Shown here one piece after another: positions 1-60,326 of a stretch of 64,000 nt of DNA; positions within the stretch are counted from its first letter, which is position 1; every line of letters starts with the position of its first letter. Where the stretch lies: the NCBI GenBank assembly GCA_051362555.1, contig CM120642.1, forward strand, positions 11,842,001 through 11,906,000, given 5' to 3'. Origin of the DNA: Lingula anatina. Its lineage: Eukaryota; Animalia; Brachiopoda. The notes beneath the pieces are model-generated. The model had not been told where the DNA came from. It saw nothing but the letters and a program-made list of their open reading frames with translations, and did not search any database. The translations under genes and the position numbers were made by a program.

Positions 1-152
1 TGCCATCTTTTAAAATGTGCTTAATGCCTTTTCCATCTACATGTATTTTCGAAGTTCTTTGTTATTTACCAACACGGTATCGAGCATTTCTGTTGCAAAT
101 AAACGTGATATACGGCAGTCTGTTGGTAGTAATTTGTTCTTCTGTAGTGTTC

Positions 153-3996
<3,844 letters not shown>

Positions 3997-4728
3997 GTTT
4001 CAGTGTTACACCTGTAACAGCGATGGTTAACTGGCAAATGTTGGTGAAAAAATGTAGGTTATCGGCGGTGATAGAGGTGAACTTTGTTTTTGCGGGCAGG
4101 AGACCATGCACCTTTGCATATATTATACTCCCTGATAACTTAACCGAACATAGGCACCTACACTATTGTACATCTAAAGGGACTTTTCCCAAAAATCAAA
4201 AACTTGTGCAAAACCTTTCGTGTTGTGTCTAAGGTACTGAGTACGTGCTCACAAATCCATATACTTCACAAAGTCTTTATTTAATTTGCAAAAATTGGAT
4301 TTCAGTAGATAATTAATATTTGGTGTTACAAATATGTATGTTCCTCAGGTAGTTAATATCACAGATTATACGAACTCTATTATAGCATATTTCATTGCAT
4401 TTCATAAGCTGGCTGCATGCATGTTGCCCCCTGCAAGCCCCAACGAAATACCATGGCGTCAGCAATCCGCTCAAACTTAATACCAAAAGAGCACTGAGTT
4501 CACGGAACCCGACGAAAGAATATATGAGAGCAAAATCACACGCATTGAACAATTAGAAAACCCATAATATAATAACAATAAAAAATGAGATATTGTTATA
4601 TCCATGAGGGGTGCAAGGGTTGTGTCTTTTATTAGTTTTTTTTTCTTTTTTTTTGTCATTGCAGAATCTTCTTTATTTCAAACCTTTTCTGCGCTTACTT
4701 CTCACCTCAAGGCAGCTTTCCCGATGTG

Positions 4729-5155
4729 TATTTCACACAGACCACGAATCCCACGAATCGCCAGAAATTGACAACATTTTTTTGGAATCGGGAGTTTGTG
4801 GCCAAAATTTTGAACAGCTCAAAATTTTTGCCACGAATTCCCGATTGATCAAGAATTGCAAGAACTGACTACGATTATATACGGATCTGTTAAGAACTTC
4901 ACGAACTGATTACGATTCAACCACGAATCCTGAAATTTTCAATTCCTGGCGATTCGTGGATTCGTGGTCTGTGTGAAATAGGGGCATCAAAGTTTTTGCC
5001 ACTAATTCCTGTTGGTCAAGAAGTGCAAGAACTGACTACGAATATATACGAATCTGTTAAGAACTTCACGATTCAATTACGATTCAACCACGAATCCTGA
5101 AATTTGTCAATTCATGGCCATTCGTAGGATTCGTGGTCTGTGTGAAATAAGGGCA
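4729..5155. mobile_element. Harbinger-like MITE with tandemly duplicated right half
   Basis: TATTTCACACAGACCACGAATCC (4729) is inverted at GGATTCGTGGTCTGTGTGAAATA twice (elements ending 4986 and 5155, the latter followed by TTA). ~4824-4986 is repeated at ~4990-5155. The left tip is truncated. Confidence 0.7.
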
Positions 5156-7526
5156 TTAGACATCCAACAAATATCAAATGAAAATTGCCCTCCGACTCTC
5201 CCCGTAATCCCCAGTCAGACTGAATACTTTCATGTCAGCTAATTCTTTTCTTCCCTGCGGGCCTACTATTTTAACAAGGGATTTTCGGTGTCTCAGATCT
5301 GCTAGACGGCCTGGACTTGTGTCAAATTGACACGTAACCTATTTTCATAGTACATTGCATTTTAACGCGCAATTTTTCAGTCATTTACAACCATATGTTT
5401 CATGCATTAGCAGTGTAGTACTATCAGAAAACGTAGATAAGAATTGTGTATTTTTGTGCTATCTCACGATAAGGCCGCGGTATAACTTCTTTCCGCGGTA
5501 GGCTTACCCGGTAGGTCAAAAAGACGTTACAATGACAGTGCAGAAACTAAAACAAGAACTTTTCCTAGGTTTCCTAGGTAACTATTTATGACTTGATAGC
5601 ATCCGATTGATCGAGCCAATATAAGCACCTTCCATCTTTCTCTTTTTTTTTACTTTTTTGATACGTTAAATGACATAACTTTGTGCAGACAAACGAAAAG
5701 CTTAAGAAAACTATGGACTTCAAATCTCTGCTTTGTTCACTGATAACACAGATTTATTTCATTTTCAATAAAATGTTTGTTATTTTTCTTTTAATGACAT
5801 GACACAAGTGTATAAAACAAACCTACATCTCATAAAAGCAACATATTTAGTAAAACATCTACATGTAAATAAATGTCAATGTACATTACACATTTTACAT
5901 ATAAAAATAACTTGTGACAAAGCACAATTACAGGTAACAGTTCAAAATCTACATTTACAGCCTTGTGTGTAATAGATTGAGTAATACCCCATATTTTTCT
6001 TATACAAAAGTAAAAGTAGGGTACTTAACCTTCTTATCAAAATTTCATATCTGAAAAAAAAATGCACCATAGCTAATTTTTAAAATATGCTGCACCTAAC
6101 AAGTATTTTCTGTAGCAACAAATCATTACAATATTTTTTCATCCAATCCATGTGAAAAGATCGTTTGCCACCTTGTAAAAACACAAAGTCCAAATCAGAA
6201 AATCAACAAGTAAAATCAAACTATCTCACTTCACAAGTCGATATGTTACAGTGTTTTTTTCTATTATAATTCAGCTTTTATTTTATTTTTGGGTAATTCA
6301 TGTTATAATAAACAAACAAACTGGCCATGAGCAACAACACAATAATTTACTGTAATGACTCTTTATGTCTCTTTGATCGAAAAAGTTCAATACGATGTCG
6401 GTAAAAAGCCAAAGTATACTTTTAGGAACTGAAAAACAATTTTGTTCAAAATAAACGTTATCCACTACTTTAAACAAGCTTATTTGTAAGAAAAATATCC
6501 CATCACAAAATGAAGAGGTATAAGTAGCTTCAACATTTCTGTAAATTGAAGTGAATGTGCAACACCCTCCACTAAAACAAAAATGCATAGCCTAGCATAC
6601 ACAGCAAGTGGATTTCTAACAGACATCAAACTCACAATGCACACATAATTAATCAAACCTGTCTTAATGAAACTGAATAGAAAGTGAGCTATTTTGAGCA
6701 AAAGAAACTCTGAACATATTTCTATACACAAGTTGTGCTGACCTTAATGGTTGTTTGTACCTCAAATTAATTAAATTTAAGAAGGAGTTGACCATAATTT
6801 GAAAGAAAGTGTCTAAATGCATTGAGAGATTAAGCCCTGGTTACCTTTTACAACCCCATTATATGGTCTTTAAACCTCAACAGCTCAGTAAGACACAATA
6901 ATGTTACATAAATATCTGTTTACAAGACACAGACACCTTTGTCTGTCAAAGATGACCAAAGCCACTTTTAATTCCTATAATTACATGTACAATATGAATG
7001 TAGAAAATAATGTAAATAACATGATTATTTATATGATGAAATGATAAACATAGCAGATGAAGCATGGCAGTACGTCGAACTCTCACATATTTTATCTGCA
7101 TATTACCTGTACCTTATCAGAATCTAGAAGAAATACCAGTTTATGTACTAAACCCTGTATGAGGGTTTGATGTAAATACAAACAGAACACATTGAATATC
7201 AAACATTTACAAGGACACAATACAAAGATGACATGTAAGCACCAAACTTAAGCAGTACCCACATACAAGAAAACTTTTTGATAAATGTTTTATAAACACT
7301 GTTTTGGCCTCTATTTGTTTGAACAGGAGAAATAAATGTAAAATGGAGAAGGTCTACACTTTCAATTGGATTTGGGGAATATGCCTGAAATTGCCATCTG
7401 TTATGACAAAATATTTCTAATTAACTACCAAATTCATTTATTCTTAGTGACCTTTCAATTAATGGGAACAGATTCCAGTGACTGTCATAGGCAGTACAAA
7501 ATTGAAACTCTGAATGCAAAGACCAA

Positions 7527-38381
<30,855 letters not shown>

Positions 38382-38826
38382 TTCATTAAGTGTCACATTC
38401 CTTGTGATAGCTTCTTAATTATCTCATCAACTGATTCCCTCTATACAACTAGATGTTCTTCTACCCATAGCATCCCTAATCTAATGTTATGCACTATGTG
38501 TGATCGATTTCAGGTCTGTAGTTAACTTCCTGTAACTGATTCATCTAAGCTATTACTGTTATCGGCTGTTAGTCCTTGTGGACTCTCCCCACCTATTAAA
38601 GATTTCGCGGTATAGGTATATATCATGGACAGAAAGAAAAAACATTAACATAAATGATTGCATATAAAGTAGGATAAAAGAAAATTAGATATATATGAAA
38701 AAGGATGATATAAATATCAATAAAAAGCATTCATTGTTGTAGGACAATCACTTTCTACTTTTGGTGGAGGGGTTGACAATTTGAATTCCATCTAACTTCC
38801 GGTCTTGCGTATTGACAGATTCCAAT
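38382..38826. promoter_or_regulatory. Putative shared/bidirectional promoter between the VEGFR-like gene and POMP
   Basis: About 445 bp between the two divergent ATGs. ETS/GABP-type motif ACTTCCGG at 38795-38802. CpG frequency is locally higher than in the flanking gene bodies. Confidence 0.6.
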
Positions 38827-41061
38827 ATGGTGGGTAAAACATTACGGATGGTGTTCAGTAGTAGCGATTTTCCAAATAATCTAGGTTTGGGAACTGCATC
38901 ATTTGGAAAACAATCGAATGCTGTAATTGCTATAACAGAGAGCACACATAGCGCGTGTCATGGTACAAATTACTTGGCATGTGCCTTAAAACTCATGGTT
39001 TATTTTTGCTTTGTCACCGTGATCAAACAGCGTGCGTTTTGTGCGTATGATTAGTTAACCTCGTAAACCGTGACAATAGCTACCTGATACATCTTTTATT
39101 CGTGAATTAATATCAAACATTAGGGACAATGTAGTCACGCGGAGAGGGTAAATAGAATGAGTTCCCAGTTTTGTTGGGTATGATCTTGAAAACATCTTTA
39201 TAAATGTTGTAAAACTTGCACCAGTTGTTTGCTTTGTCATTGATGGAAATACAGGGGCGGATTGAGACCGTCTTCAGTGTCTTCCGGAAGACGGTCAGAT
39301 TTTCAAGTTTACATAGACGGGCATCTAATTTTTTCTGTCGGAAGACGGTCAAAATGTATGATGGACCAAGAATGATAATTTGGAAGACTCAGAAAATAGC
39401 TCTGGATCCACCCCTGGAATATGCACAATCATCCAAGTGTTTTTCTTTGATTGTAGAACTCAAGTGAAGGATGCCCAAGTATGAGGCCAAGGCCAGAGGG
39501 TCTTAACTCTGCCAATGCCAAAGGTGGTGTATATGGTGTACCTGATGTTCTATATCAGGGGTAAGTTGTTCAGCATTCTAAAAAATTGTATTTATTATCA
39601 ACAAACTGGATAGGTACAACACTTACAGTAACTGTTTACATTGTCTACATTCAGAGATTGACTTTTACAGTGCCAGTTCCATGGTCTATATATTATACAC
39701 CTTGGCTTTTGTATATGTAGAGCACGTGATAAGGTTACTAAAAAGTGACATTTTTTTTTCATTCCAGGTTTCAGAATGTAAGAAATGATCTCACAGCATC
39801 ACATCCACTTGAGCATTCAGAAAAGGAGGTAAGATATCTGTTGTGTTGTAATCTACTTTCTAAACATCAGCAGTAAGCATTGTTTAGAGAACACAGAAAA
39901 TCAAGTAGATGCTGAAAGCAATGTCTGTTAACACTAATTAACATTATTTAAATATCAGAGAAAATCCAACAGCCGCTGAAAGCAATGTCTAATACAGCAT
40001 CCTGTATTGAACTCATTTGAAAATAGGGAGTGAAAACATCACAGATATGAAATAAAGATAATAGTATTCAATACTTGACTTTTGGTGCAGATTCTGTAAA
40101 AGTATTTCTCTATAGATAAGAGACTAAATCTTTGAATGGTGCTTGTTTGTTTCAGTGGAGAGCCAACCAAGAGAAGATGGACTTTGCAATGTTAAGACAA
40201 GTACAGGGAATTCATGCACCTCTTAGGCTACAGATGGAAAGGAATTTTGCCAATAAGGTACACCAGCTTGTCTCTAAGACTATAGGAATTCTACTCACCA
40301 TTATGTTCAGATTTTAAATATAATAATGGATTGCATTTACTTCAAACATGGTGCTGTCTTTAATTTCTGCTTTAAAACAAGTGTTATAATGTGAAGCCAA
40401 ATGTTTTTGATGTATATTACTGTAATTTTAAGTGATTAACACCCAAACAATCATGGGAGTTAATGCAAAATTGCAGGCTAGGGGATTTCCTTCATACAAG
40501 TTTTTTTTTTTGGAAATTCATGCATATCTGATGCTAGAAACGGGAGAGCGAAGAGATTGGGGAATTAAATTTTAATCTTTATTATGGACAGCTGTCTATT
40601 TCTAAGAATGGAGCCAAGAGAAACCTTTTTATTTTTAGATTGGTAGGTTACCTTGCCTCCAAAGTTCCCATGTGATGTTAGACTCTTTAACAGGAAAGGA
40701 TGAGGAGATAGACTATGAAGATATCCTCAACTGTGAGTGCAGTATTTCACTTTCAATTGGAAAAGAAATGTAGTATAGAGTTTTAAGTTGTGTTTAAAGT
40801 CACTAATAATTTATAGGTGCTTGAATTTAAATAAAGAATTACAGTTTCTAATGGTTTTATTATTGAGCATTATGTGATCCAAGAAGGTTAAGATTTAACA
40901 TTATAAGTTGCCATAATATACGTCTTTTCAAGAGAGAAGGGGGATAATGGTAATATTTTTCCATTGTTAAAGGACACAAATATTTCTTTTTAGCTCCAGC
41001 TGACTCTGAAGTTTCTGGCCAGCCTCACATGATGGTGGAGAAACAAATGGGACTGTTGTGA
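38827..41061 (+). CDS. POMP: Proteasome maturation protein (UMP1 family), 6 coding exons, 143 aa
   Basis: Exons 38827-38829 (ATG only, donor gtgggt; inferred), 39457-39560, 39768-39828, 40156-40257, 40639-40732, 40994-41061. Translation includes ...GFQNVRNDLTASHPLEHSEKE...MLRQVQGIHAPLRLQMER...RLPCLQSSHVMLDSLTGKDEEIDYEDILN...QPHMMVEKQMGLL*, with the HPLE motif and C-terminus typical of POMP. AATAAA at ~41512. Confidence 0.93.
39252..39416. mobile_element. hAT-like MITE in POMP intron 1
   Basis: CAGGGGCGGAT ... ATCCACCCCTG terminal inverted repeats and internal GAAGACGGTC repeats. No clean 8-bp TSD. Confidence 0.55.
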
Positions 41062-42283
41062 TGATGATGATGCTCAAATTTTTATTATGATTATCTCATC
41101 AAAATAGTAAAATGGGAGCAGCGCGTTGACCGTTGGTGAACTGTGACATTGTGTACCTGCATTGTTTAAAACTGTTGAACTTATAAATGTACACTGGAGT
41201 CTGCAGTGAACACAAGGAATGCTGTTCTTGGATAGGAAAATATGATTCACTTGTAAATCTATGTGAAAAATCTGTATGAATCCCCATGCATCCCCACATG
41301 CAGGCCATCTGAACAACAGTGGCAAGCTGCACAGAAACATGTAATATCTGGTGTGTTTTGGATAATTTCTGGAAGCTCCAAGGAAGCATTTCTTAAGAAT
41401 ATTTCACATGTAGTCTTTTGAATTTTGTATTAGAGGTATTTCATCAGAAGGCCAAAAATGTCAAATTGGTGATATTCACTGAATATTACTGTAGTGTATA
41501 TAGTGATTCTCAATAAAATTCTATGTTGAACTCGAGTCTTGATTTATAACAAATTCTGTGGCTGATGGTTACTGGAGGCAGATTTTTGCCTCTTCATGTA
41601 CATCTCCAGATTTGTTTAAAAATTGAATGCAGAAATTTTCACCGTTCACAGAACTTAGTTTTAGACTAGAAAAGCAGTGGGGGAGCAGAGACTTCTGCCA
41701 AAAACTTAACACTGACAAAACTGGTAGTTGAGAGGACATTTATTGCACAATGAGTCTAGGTTATAGGGTCTTTCTTACAATGGTGAAGCAATGCTTAAAT
41801 ACTCTTAGATCCAGATGGTGACCAGGATCAACGCCAAAATCTTATCACTTTTATGTTAGCCAATTTTAGAGGTTTGACTGCATATAACTGCCAAGAATTG
41901 AATCAAACCTGTTAAAATTCACAACTCTAAGCAAACCCAATACTGCAAAGAGAACAAATTGTTTGCATTTGTAAATTGGACCAGAAATTTGTATTTCAAG
42001 GGGCTTTATAAAATTGGAAGTAATGTGTGACTAGGTGGATCAGTTATAAATTGATCGATTTTTAGCTGTCAAAAAATAAAATATATTTAGATTAAGTGTG
42101 AAAGTTTTATAACTTAATCTAATACCTGGGGATAAAGACAGTTTATGCAGGGATTATTGGTGGTTACATAAATATTTTTGACTCAAATATTTCTTAATTA
42201 TTTGAAATTAGGTAGCAAATCGCAAATGAAACTTTGCTTTAAAATAACAAATTTGCATGCATCTAATATCATGCACAAAGACC

Positions 42284-53296
<11,013 letters not shown>

Positions 53297-56200
53297 TTAA
53301 AAATCCTTCTGATCCTAAAACTCCCCCGGCGATGGTATTTAACTTAAGAGAACAGAATAAGTTGCAGGTTCCCGTTTCTTATGGAGGCAGACATTTTTAT
53401 AAGGCATTACGCGCGTACACGGTTGATTGTTAGCAAGTAAAACATCTCAACAGCAATTACAATTGCTAAAATTATAGTAAAATAGGAAAAATTTACAAGC
53501 ATATACCATATCTAAACCATCTAAACTTATTTAGTTGAGAATGTACCTTGTCACACAATGAAGACATCACTTTCCGCAAGATTAACAAAAGGGCGTGATG
53601 CAGTGTCGCTTAAACCTGTCACATCTGTCAGATTGTGACGATGTGGTCTTCGTGATTGCGATAGATGTGAAAAAAATCCTTTTTGTCGGCAATCGAAACT
53701 GGTGCAATCTTTATTCTTTATATCACACCGTCAGTGTACATGCTTTTTACGAGATTTTAATTTTTTATAATTCAGATTCATGAGAAATTTGTCATATCAA
53801 TAAATCAATTGCCACACTTGCAACAAGTTAAGACATATAGCCTAACCCTTTATATCGTTCAAATTAAACTTCAATATGGATGATTCACAGTATCCAACCC
53901 TGTGTATGAAACGGAATTGAAGAGGAAAAGACAAAAATATAGCAAGCTAAATTGGTAGAAGAAGAAGAAAAATCAATAATTGTAAGTTCCAGGAGGTAGG
54001 CCTATAGCTTGTCATTAGTGATTTGGATGCAAAAACTGCGAAACTAGGGGCGACCCTAGCACAGTTGTAGCCTTAAGATAGCCCCTACATAGACCTAAAT
54101 TTTCAAACTTGCGCCTACAGTTAAATTTTTCATGCAGTGTCAATTCGGTTCCCTATTCTGCTTGAATGTCTCTTTTTCCTAAGGCATCGGTATGAAGGCA
54201 GGTGGTGACTGTGTGCACTCGTACGGATCCTCGTGCTTGCAGCTCTACGATTTTGTCAAGATTATGACAATATTTAAAATCCTAAGCCCGTAGACAGAAG
54301 CGATATCATAGATGTCATTGTAAAATTCCTGTTTGGTGGATTGCAGCTTGGACTAAAACAACGATTCGTCCAAGATTGGGGTGATCGTGCAACAGTGCAA
54401 GATTATCTTTACATAGACTTGTCAAAATCATTACGGAACATTTTCACGATAGTCCCACAACTCTCGAAAGTTCGCCACTCACTGCCCTTAAATACCCATT
54501 TCCGTACAAAAACACGGGTAATTTTTAAAAGATATGCCGAAATCAATAATTTCATTACCCTTTATCCGACAAAGGGAGAGAAAATTTGCGTGTCTACGCG
54601 TGTGTTGAGGTCGCTCTTGTTATTTAAAACCCACTAGTACTAGGTTAATTTTTAAAACATGAAATGAGGGCACATTTGTCATTTTAAGTGTTTGGGCAAT
54701 ATACTGGATTTACAGTCTTTTGAAAAGTATTTTAATACATTATATATTTCTCATCTTTAATATGACTAATACGGAAGTCTCTCTCTCTTTCTCTCTCTCT
54801 TCGTATTCGCGATATTCGCGGTCTTATCTGATGATTTACCTTTCAAATTACACTGATGTAGTATGTGTAAACTTGTCCGGACATCTCTACTCTCCTCGGC
54901 TCTTATCATTATATCAATAGTAACGATGATATGATATGTACAGATGTATCACCAGCACGCTCACGGCATTTGCACATTTCGATATTGAATATACAGATCT
55001 AGGGCACCAGGCATATAATGTTAGCCCTTCAGAGTGGATAACTATGCTGATTGTACCAATATCATATATGCTAAGAAACTGTGGATCACTAAATCCCAGA
55101 GTCAAGAAAGGTAATTTTGGGATGAAATTAAATGCATAAAATAGATCAAATTGACATCCTAAAGTACCGTCTATATAAAGTGAAGGTACATTCAGTCATT
55201 CCGAATCAATGGATTTATTACGGAGTTTTATTGCCATCTTCTTCATCTTCCTGTCAACCATAGTAGTTTGGCAACAGTTTCATTGGTCGGTAAAGCGCCT
55301 GTGGTATACAACTTGACAAAGTCCATAGGCGCTTTACACATAGCGGTACTTTAAATTTATACCTGGACAGCGATCTTAGATGGAATGAAATTTGTGATAG
55401 AACTAAAGTAACAGAATGACGCATTCACAAGATGCCCCCACTCAAACACACACACTTATGTATACGCATACGTTAAGAAAGAGGGGGGTTGAGATAGGGA
55501 GACATAGGTAGTAATATTGAAAGAGTTAGAGCACGACATATTTTGAAAGAATAAGGATCCCCCGAAGATGTAAATTGTAAATACAAATATATAGGCCTAT
55601 ATATTGAACAATAAGAGAATATATATTGAACCATAAAAGAAACAAGTAGGCTACTGACAAAGTAAGATCGAACAAATCACTTCTTTCAGCCGTTATTTGT
55701 CACTGCAGATCTCTGATGTTTCTTTGATAGTCCTCGTTCTATTCCCTGTATATTTTTTACCAATAGGGAATAAATTGGCATAGGCCTACTTACAGCGACA
55801 CTGCCAATAGGCCCTAAACATGTCTCTTATTTTTTAAATCTTCGTCGAAAAGTTCTGGGAAATTATTATTTATAGAAAGTTTTTGTTGATGTCTTAAAGC
55901 AATGTTCACCCTTACTGTCACTTAAGATAGATCTCTATACTGTGAAAAACTTTTAAGGTTAATAAACACGAGATGCAACAGCTGTGAAACTGTTATTAAC
56001 TGACACAGTCTCCAGCGATGCTGTGGGCGTTAGCATGTTGCCATTAGCAACATATGCGGGTTTATCATGCATATTATTTCATAGATTGAGATAAATTCTA
56101 TATAAATCTATCAATATTAACGTATATCGCACAGGTTTGACAATATAGCAGTGCGCTATATGTCAGTGTGTCATTGGTAATAATAGACTCATAGCTTAAT

Positions 56201-57565
56201 AGCATACCTGAAAACAAAACGAACCAATAGTAAAATACAAAGAATATGCGTAAATACTTAGGAGCGGCACCCTCGTTAGGGACAACTCAATTCTGGTAAT
56301 AGCCCTTATTCAGTTTGTTATCCCTCAACGAAATATCTGCAATTAGGCTAAGGCCTATACATGAAGCAGGCATGCATTTTGATTTTGTGCGCCACCGCCT
56401 TTACTCAAAATTTACTAAAAAATGAAAATCATGTTGCAATATTCAAGAGGCTGATAATAAAATTTACAGTCCATGTATTTGTACTTCGGTCAATGGTTCA
56501 ACCAGATAATAAACCTTATCATCAAACTGCATTTTCCTAATTCCTAGCTCTGTGCACACGCCCTGTGTAAACATCGTTATAAGACAGCAGTAACAACTCC
56601 AACACCACGTCTATCCCATAATTGACTCTGACCAGTCACGTGATGAAGGAAGAAGGATCGTCGTTTGACTAGGACATCACAGATTAGGACTGCTGACTGT
56701 GGTGAGTTGACACTCTCTCTTTATTTTCTTTGCGATCTCTGTGTCATCGTCGGCATTTATCTTTGTATTGAAATCAAATTTGTATAGAACATTTTCCATG
56801 GCTCTGAACTTTGATCATCAATCAATGAATATATGAAAAAAGAGCACGTAAGACCACGCAAGAAAAGAATGTCGCCCTATACGTTACAAACGTGAAACGC
56901 GATAGATATATTCATACACCATATGATAACTACAGCAGCGCTAATTTTTATGTCAACGGGTAAAAGAGAACCCGAAGCAAACCAGAGAATATGGGGATCG
57001 GGGCAGAAAGTTCAATTCAATCATTGAGAGTGACTTAATATTTCGTGTTCTATTAAAAACAAAGAAAAATAAAATAAGCAATGAAGACTTACTAATAGCA
57101 CATCACCCTAACTTAAATCAGTATGTTTATTTTCAATAACTTTGCATTTAATTGGCAAATGAAATCAAGGCTATGATAAACTGTTTATTGGTGTAGAAAA
57201 GCAATATTTTTTGTATGAAGCTTCTTAACCATGTATAACATAAGTGGCCGTGTGATAACACGATGTCTTCTTGGTGACTATCACTAGCTTGTTTTTGTTC
57301 ATACCAAACACGAAATAGAAGATTACATATTTCATGAACTACGAAGTCATAAACATTTGATCAAGTGGCAAACTTGATTACGCGCGACCTAGTTACTAGT
57401 ATGATAAAGAGCGTCATTTTGGCATCGAAGAGCTCCCATTTTTCATTTAATTACATTTTTTCTTTTTTTAAATACTTCGTGAAATTATAATGCAACTATA
57501 GTTGAAATGATAAAGGGAGTAGTAAAATATTTAAACCTACTACGTCGTATAATAATGCATTGAAA

Positions 57566-57619
<54 letters not shown>
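57566..57619. repeat. (CT)n(CA)n compound microsatellite
   Basis: Seen directly. Confidence 0.95.
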
Positions 57620-57622
<3 letters not shown>

Positions 57623-60287
57623 GGCCTACCATTATCATCATGTATATTAAATAAACCTGTGAATAACCAAGAAGATGAACTGATAACTTGGAGAACATTT
57701 TCCGAGATTAATATGTACATCATCATCATCATCCACGTTATCAAGATATCTTCACGCCACGTAGGCTACACCTTTAGCTTCCGTGTGCTTGTCTATAAAA
57801 CAATATGGATGGAATTCTATACATAACACTAAGGTTATCATTATCATTATCATCAAAACATATCAATTATTCCATACTATAATGGTAAACAATACCAAGT
57901 TCTCACAACAGCTACAGCTACGGGCGAGAATGCACGCTGCCTAAGGCTGAGATGACTTGTCCCTCCCCTGCCCCGCCTTACCCTGAAGGTAAAGATGGGG
58001 CCTTATTTTCATCTGGAATTCAAACCTTGGCCATCTGATAAATCTTTCGTATTTATTTCGTTTCAGCATCGTTTTTCTACATTGTTGAATTGTTTAAAAC
58101 CCGTATTCTAATGTCAGTGCTCGTTTTCTGTTTTATTCTCCATAGCTACTGTAACAGGGATAACAGCTCATTTTGGAAGGAAAAGTGTCATTAAAAGAAT
58201 TTTCCTGGGGTAAACGACAATTTACCCATATTTACCAAAGGTAAGAGATTATTATGGAGCAATCAAATGCGGTCCACTATCTCGCGATAGCCGTATATAA
58301 GAATTAATCGCCAATTTACATATTTATGTGTTGTTTACAATGTATTTATTGTGGAATCTTGAATCTCATACGCCGTTATCCCTTTAAACGTTTCGTTTTC
58401 GCATTGTTTATCTCTCCCTGATTTTCCATCTTGTTACTGGTTACCTCTAAATCTTAAACAGACAGGAAATAATTGAATTGTTCTGAATTAGAAAAATGGC
58501 ATTGTCAAAAATTCATACAAAAGCACATGTGCACTTAAGTACAATAGGACACCCACGCTACCAACTATTTTATCTTGAAGTTAGGTCCTCGCCTACTTTT
58601 TATTTTATCAGGATTTAAAACTGGCGATAGAAAATAAACTTCGTTCCATAAAAGCCTTGTTCAGTTAAGATAAATTTTCCAAAGATAATTAGAATAGTGT
58701 GGACACTAGGGGAGGCAACCTATAAATATGCCTATCTCAGGATTACGTTGTTATCTCGGCCCAGTCTTGTTGCGCCTAGTCTCCTCTCCGTAAAGAGATC
58801 TCGTTTTCGACACGTTTGATCTGTTCAATATTAAAGTCCCGCTCAAAATGGTGCTGTCATAACGGATATTGAATTCATAATATAAAAAAGGCTTATTAAA
58901 ACCCTTAAACTTGCTCTTAAAACTACAACCATGTACAATTGAAGAAATCAGCAAAATTAATGTTTTTAACTATGACTTTATAAAAAATAATGCCGTTCTA
59001 CTACAGATGCCGCAAAGACGGATAACATTTACACGTATCTGTCATATCAAAAAAGCATGTTGTCCAACAACGACAACAGCTGCGGCTCATGCGCTTTACG
59101 CACGTAGGTTCCGTAAACTTCTTGTCTCCTGTGCATCATGCTGTTTTATGCGCCTGCGAGGTTAAAGGTATATGATCCTCAAATGAAAATGTCCCAAAGT
59201 TATATTTTCTTTGTCTACATATCCTGCAAAGCTACTTATCTTCTTCCAATCGGACCTTTAAAACCCCTAAAAAAAGAAGAAAAAAAAATAATGTCGACAT
59301 TTCTTTCTAAAATGCACAGGAGAACATGGCGGTCTAAGTGACTGGCAAGTAAAACCTAATTTGAGAGCAAATTATTAAGTAAGAATTATTATAAGACATC
59401 GAATCCACGTGCAGGGACGGGTTGAGCCATGATTTGTCAGTAGAAGAAAAATTGCTTTCCTTGGGGGGAAACTCGATTTGGCGTACTTTCCGTAATTTTT
59501 CCCCACCCAAGTGTGGTCTGACATTCCAGAGATAAAGGTTTCTATGTCGATATACATGTACTACGATAATAGATTACGAATTTTCTGCGTGGTTTTGGGC
59601 GGAAAGACTAACAAAAGGGCGGTTTAAGAGTATCCGATATTTAATTTGACAGTTATATAGCTAATTATATTATATTGCTATTTTGTACTGTTGACATTGC
59701 GGAGGTGTATCATTGATTGTTGTTTGATTTGCCCCAGCCCAAACAGGTATTTAGCCACGTCACATATCGACAATCAAATCCTGGCTAGGGATGATAGTAC
59801 TATTCATAACTAGAGGAGGCTGCAACAGGTTGGTTTTTTTAACGTTTAAATCACCACTGCAGGTGGTGAATTAATCTCATACGACCAAGGTAAAGCTAGA
59901 CAGCTTATACAGTACGTATATTTCAGGTACGTTCATAGCGTTTTGTATAATAGTCAAATTATTTTGAAGGTCTTCAGGTGGGGTGGGGAGGGGGTGGTAT
60001 GAGGCCCATTTGGCCGGTAAAAGGCCCGGTCTGAATTAAATTTGCTGCTATGCCATAATAGATTCACTTTTCAGAAAAAGACTCCCACCTCACCCCTGCC
60101 TTTGAAATTGCTGCCTACAGTCATGAATTCGAATTCTGGAAAGATAAATTCCGATGAAAAATATCCGTTGTTGCTTTGTTAATAGAACGAAACTCTTAAT
60201 AGAAACCACGGATGGCGCAGAAGGACAGGAAAAAGGTTTCACAATCAGATCTGGTAGTTTTCGTAAGCAATACGGCATATATACTGT

Positions 60288-60326
<39 letters not shown>
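60288..60326. repeat. (TATACA)n microsatellite
   Basis: About 6 units, seen directly. Confidence 0.92.
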
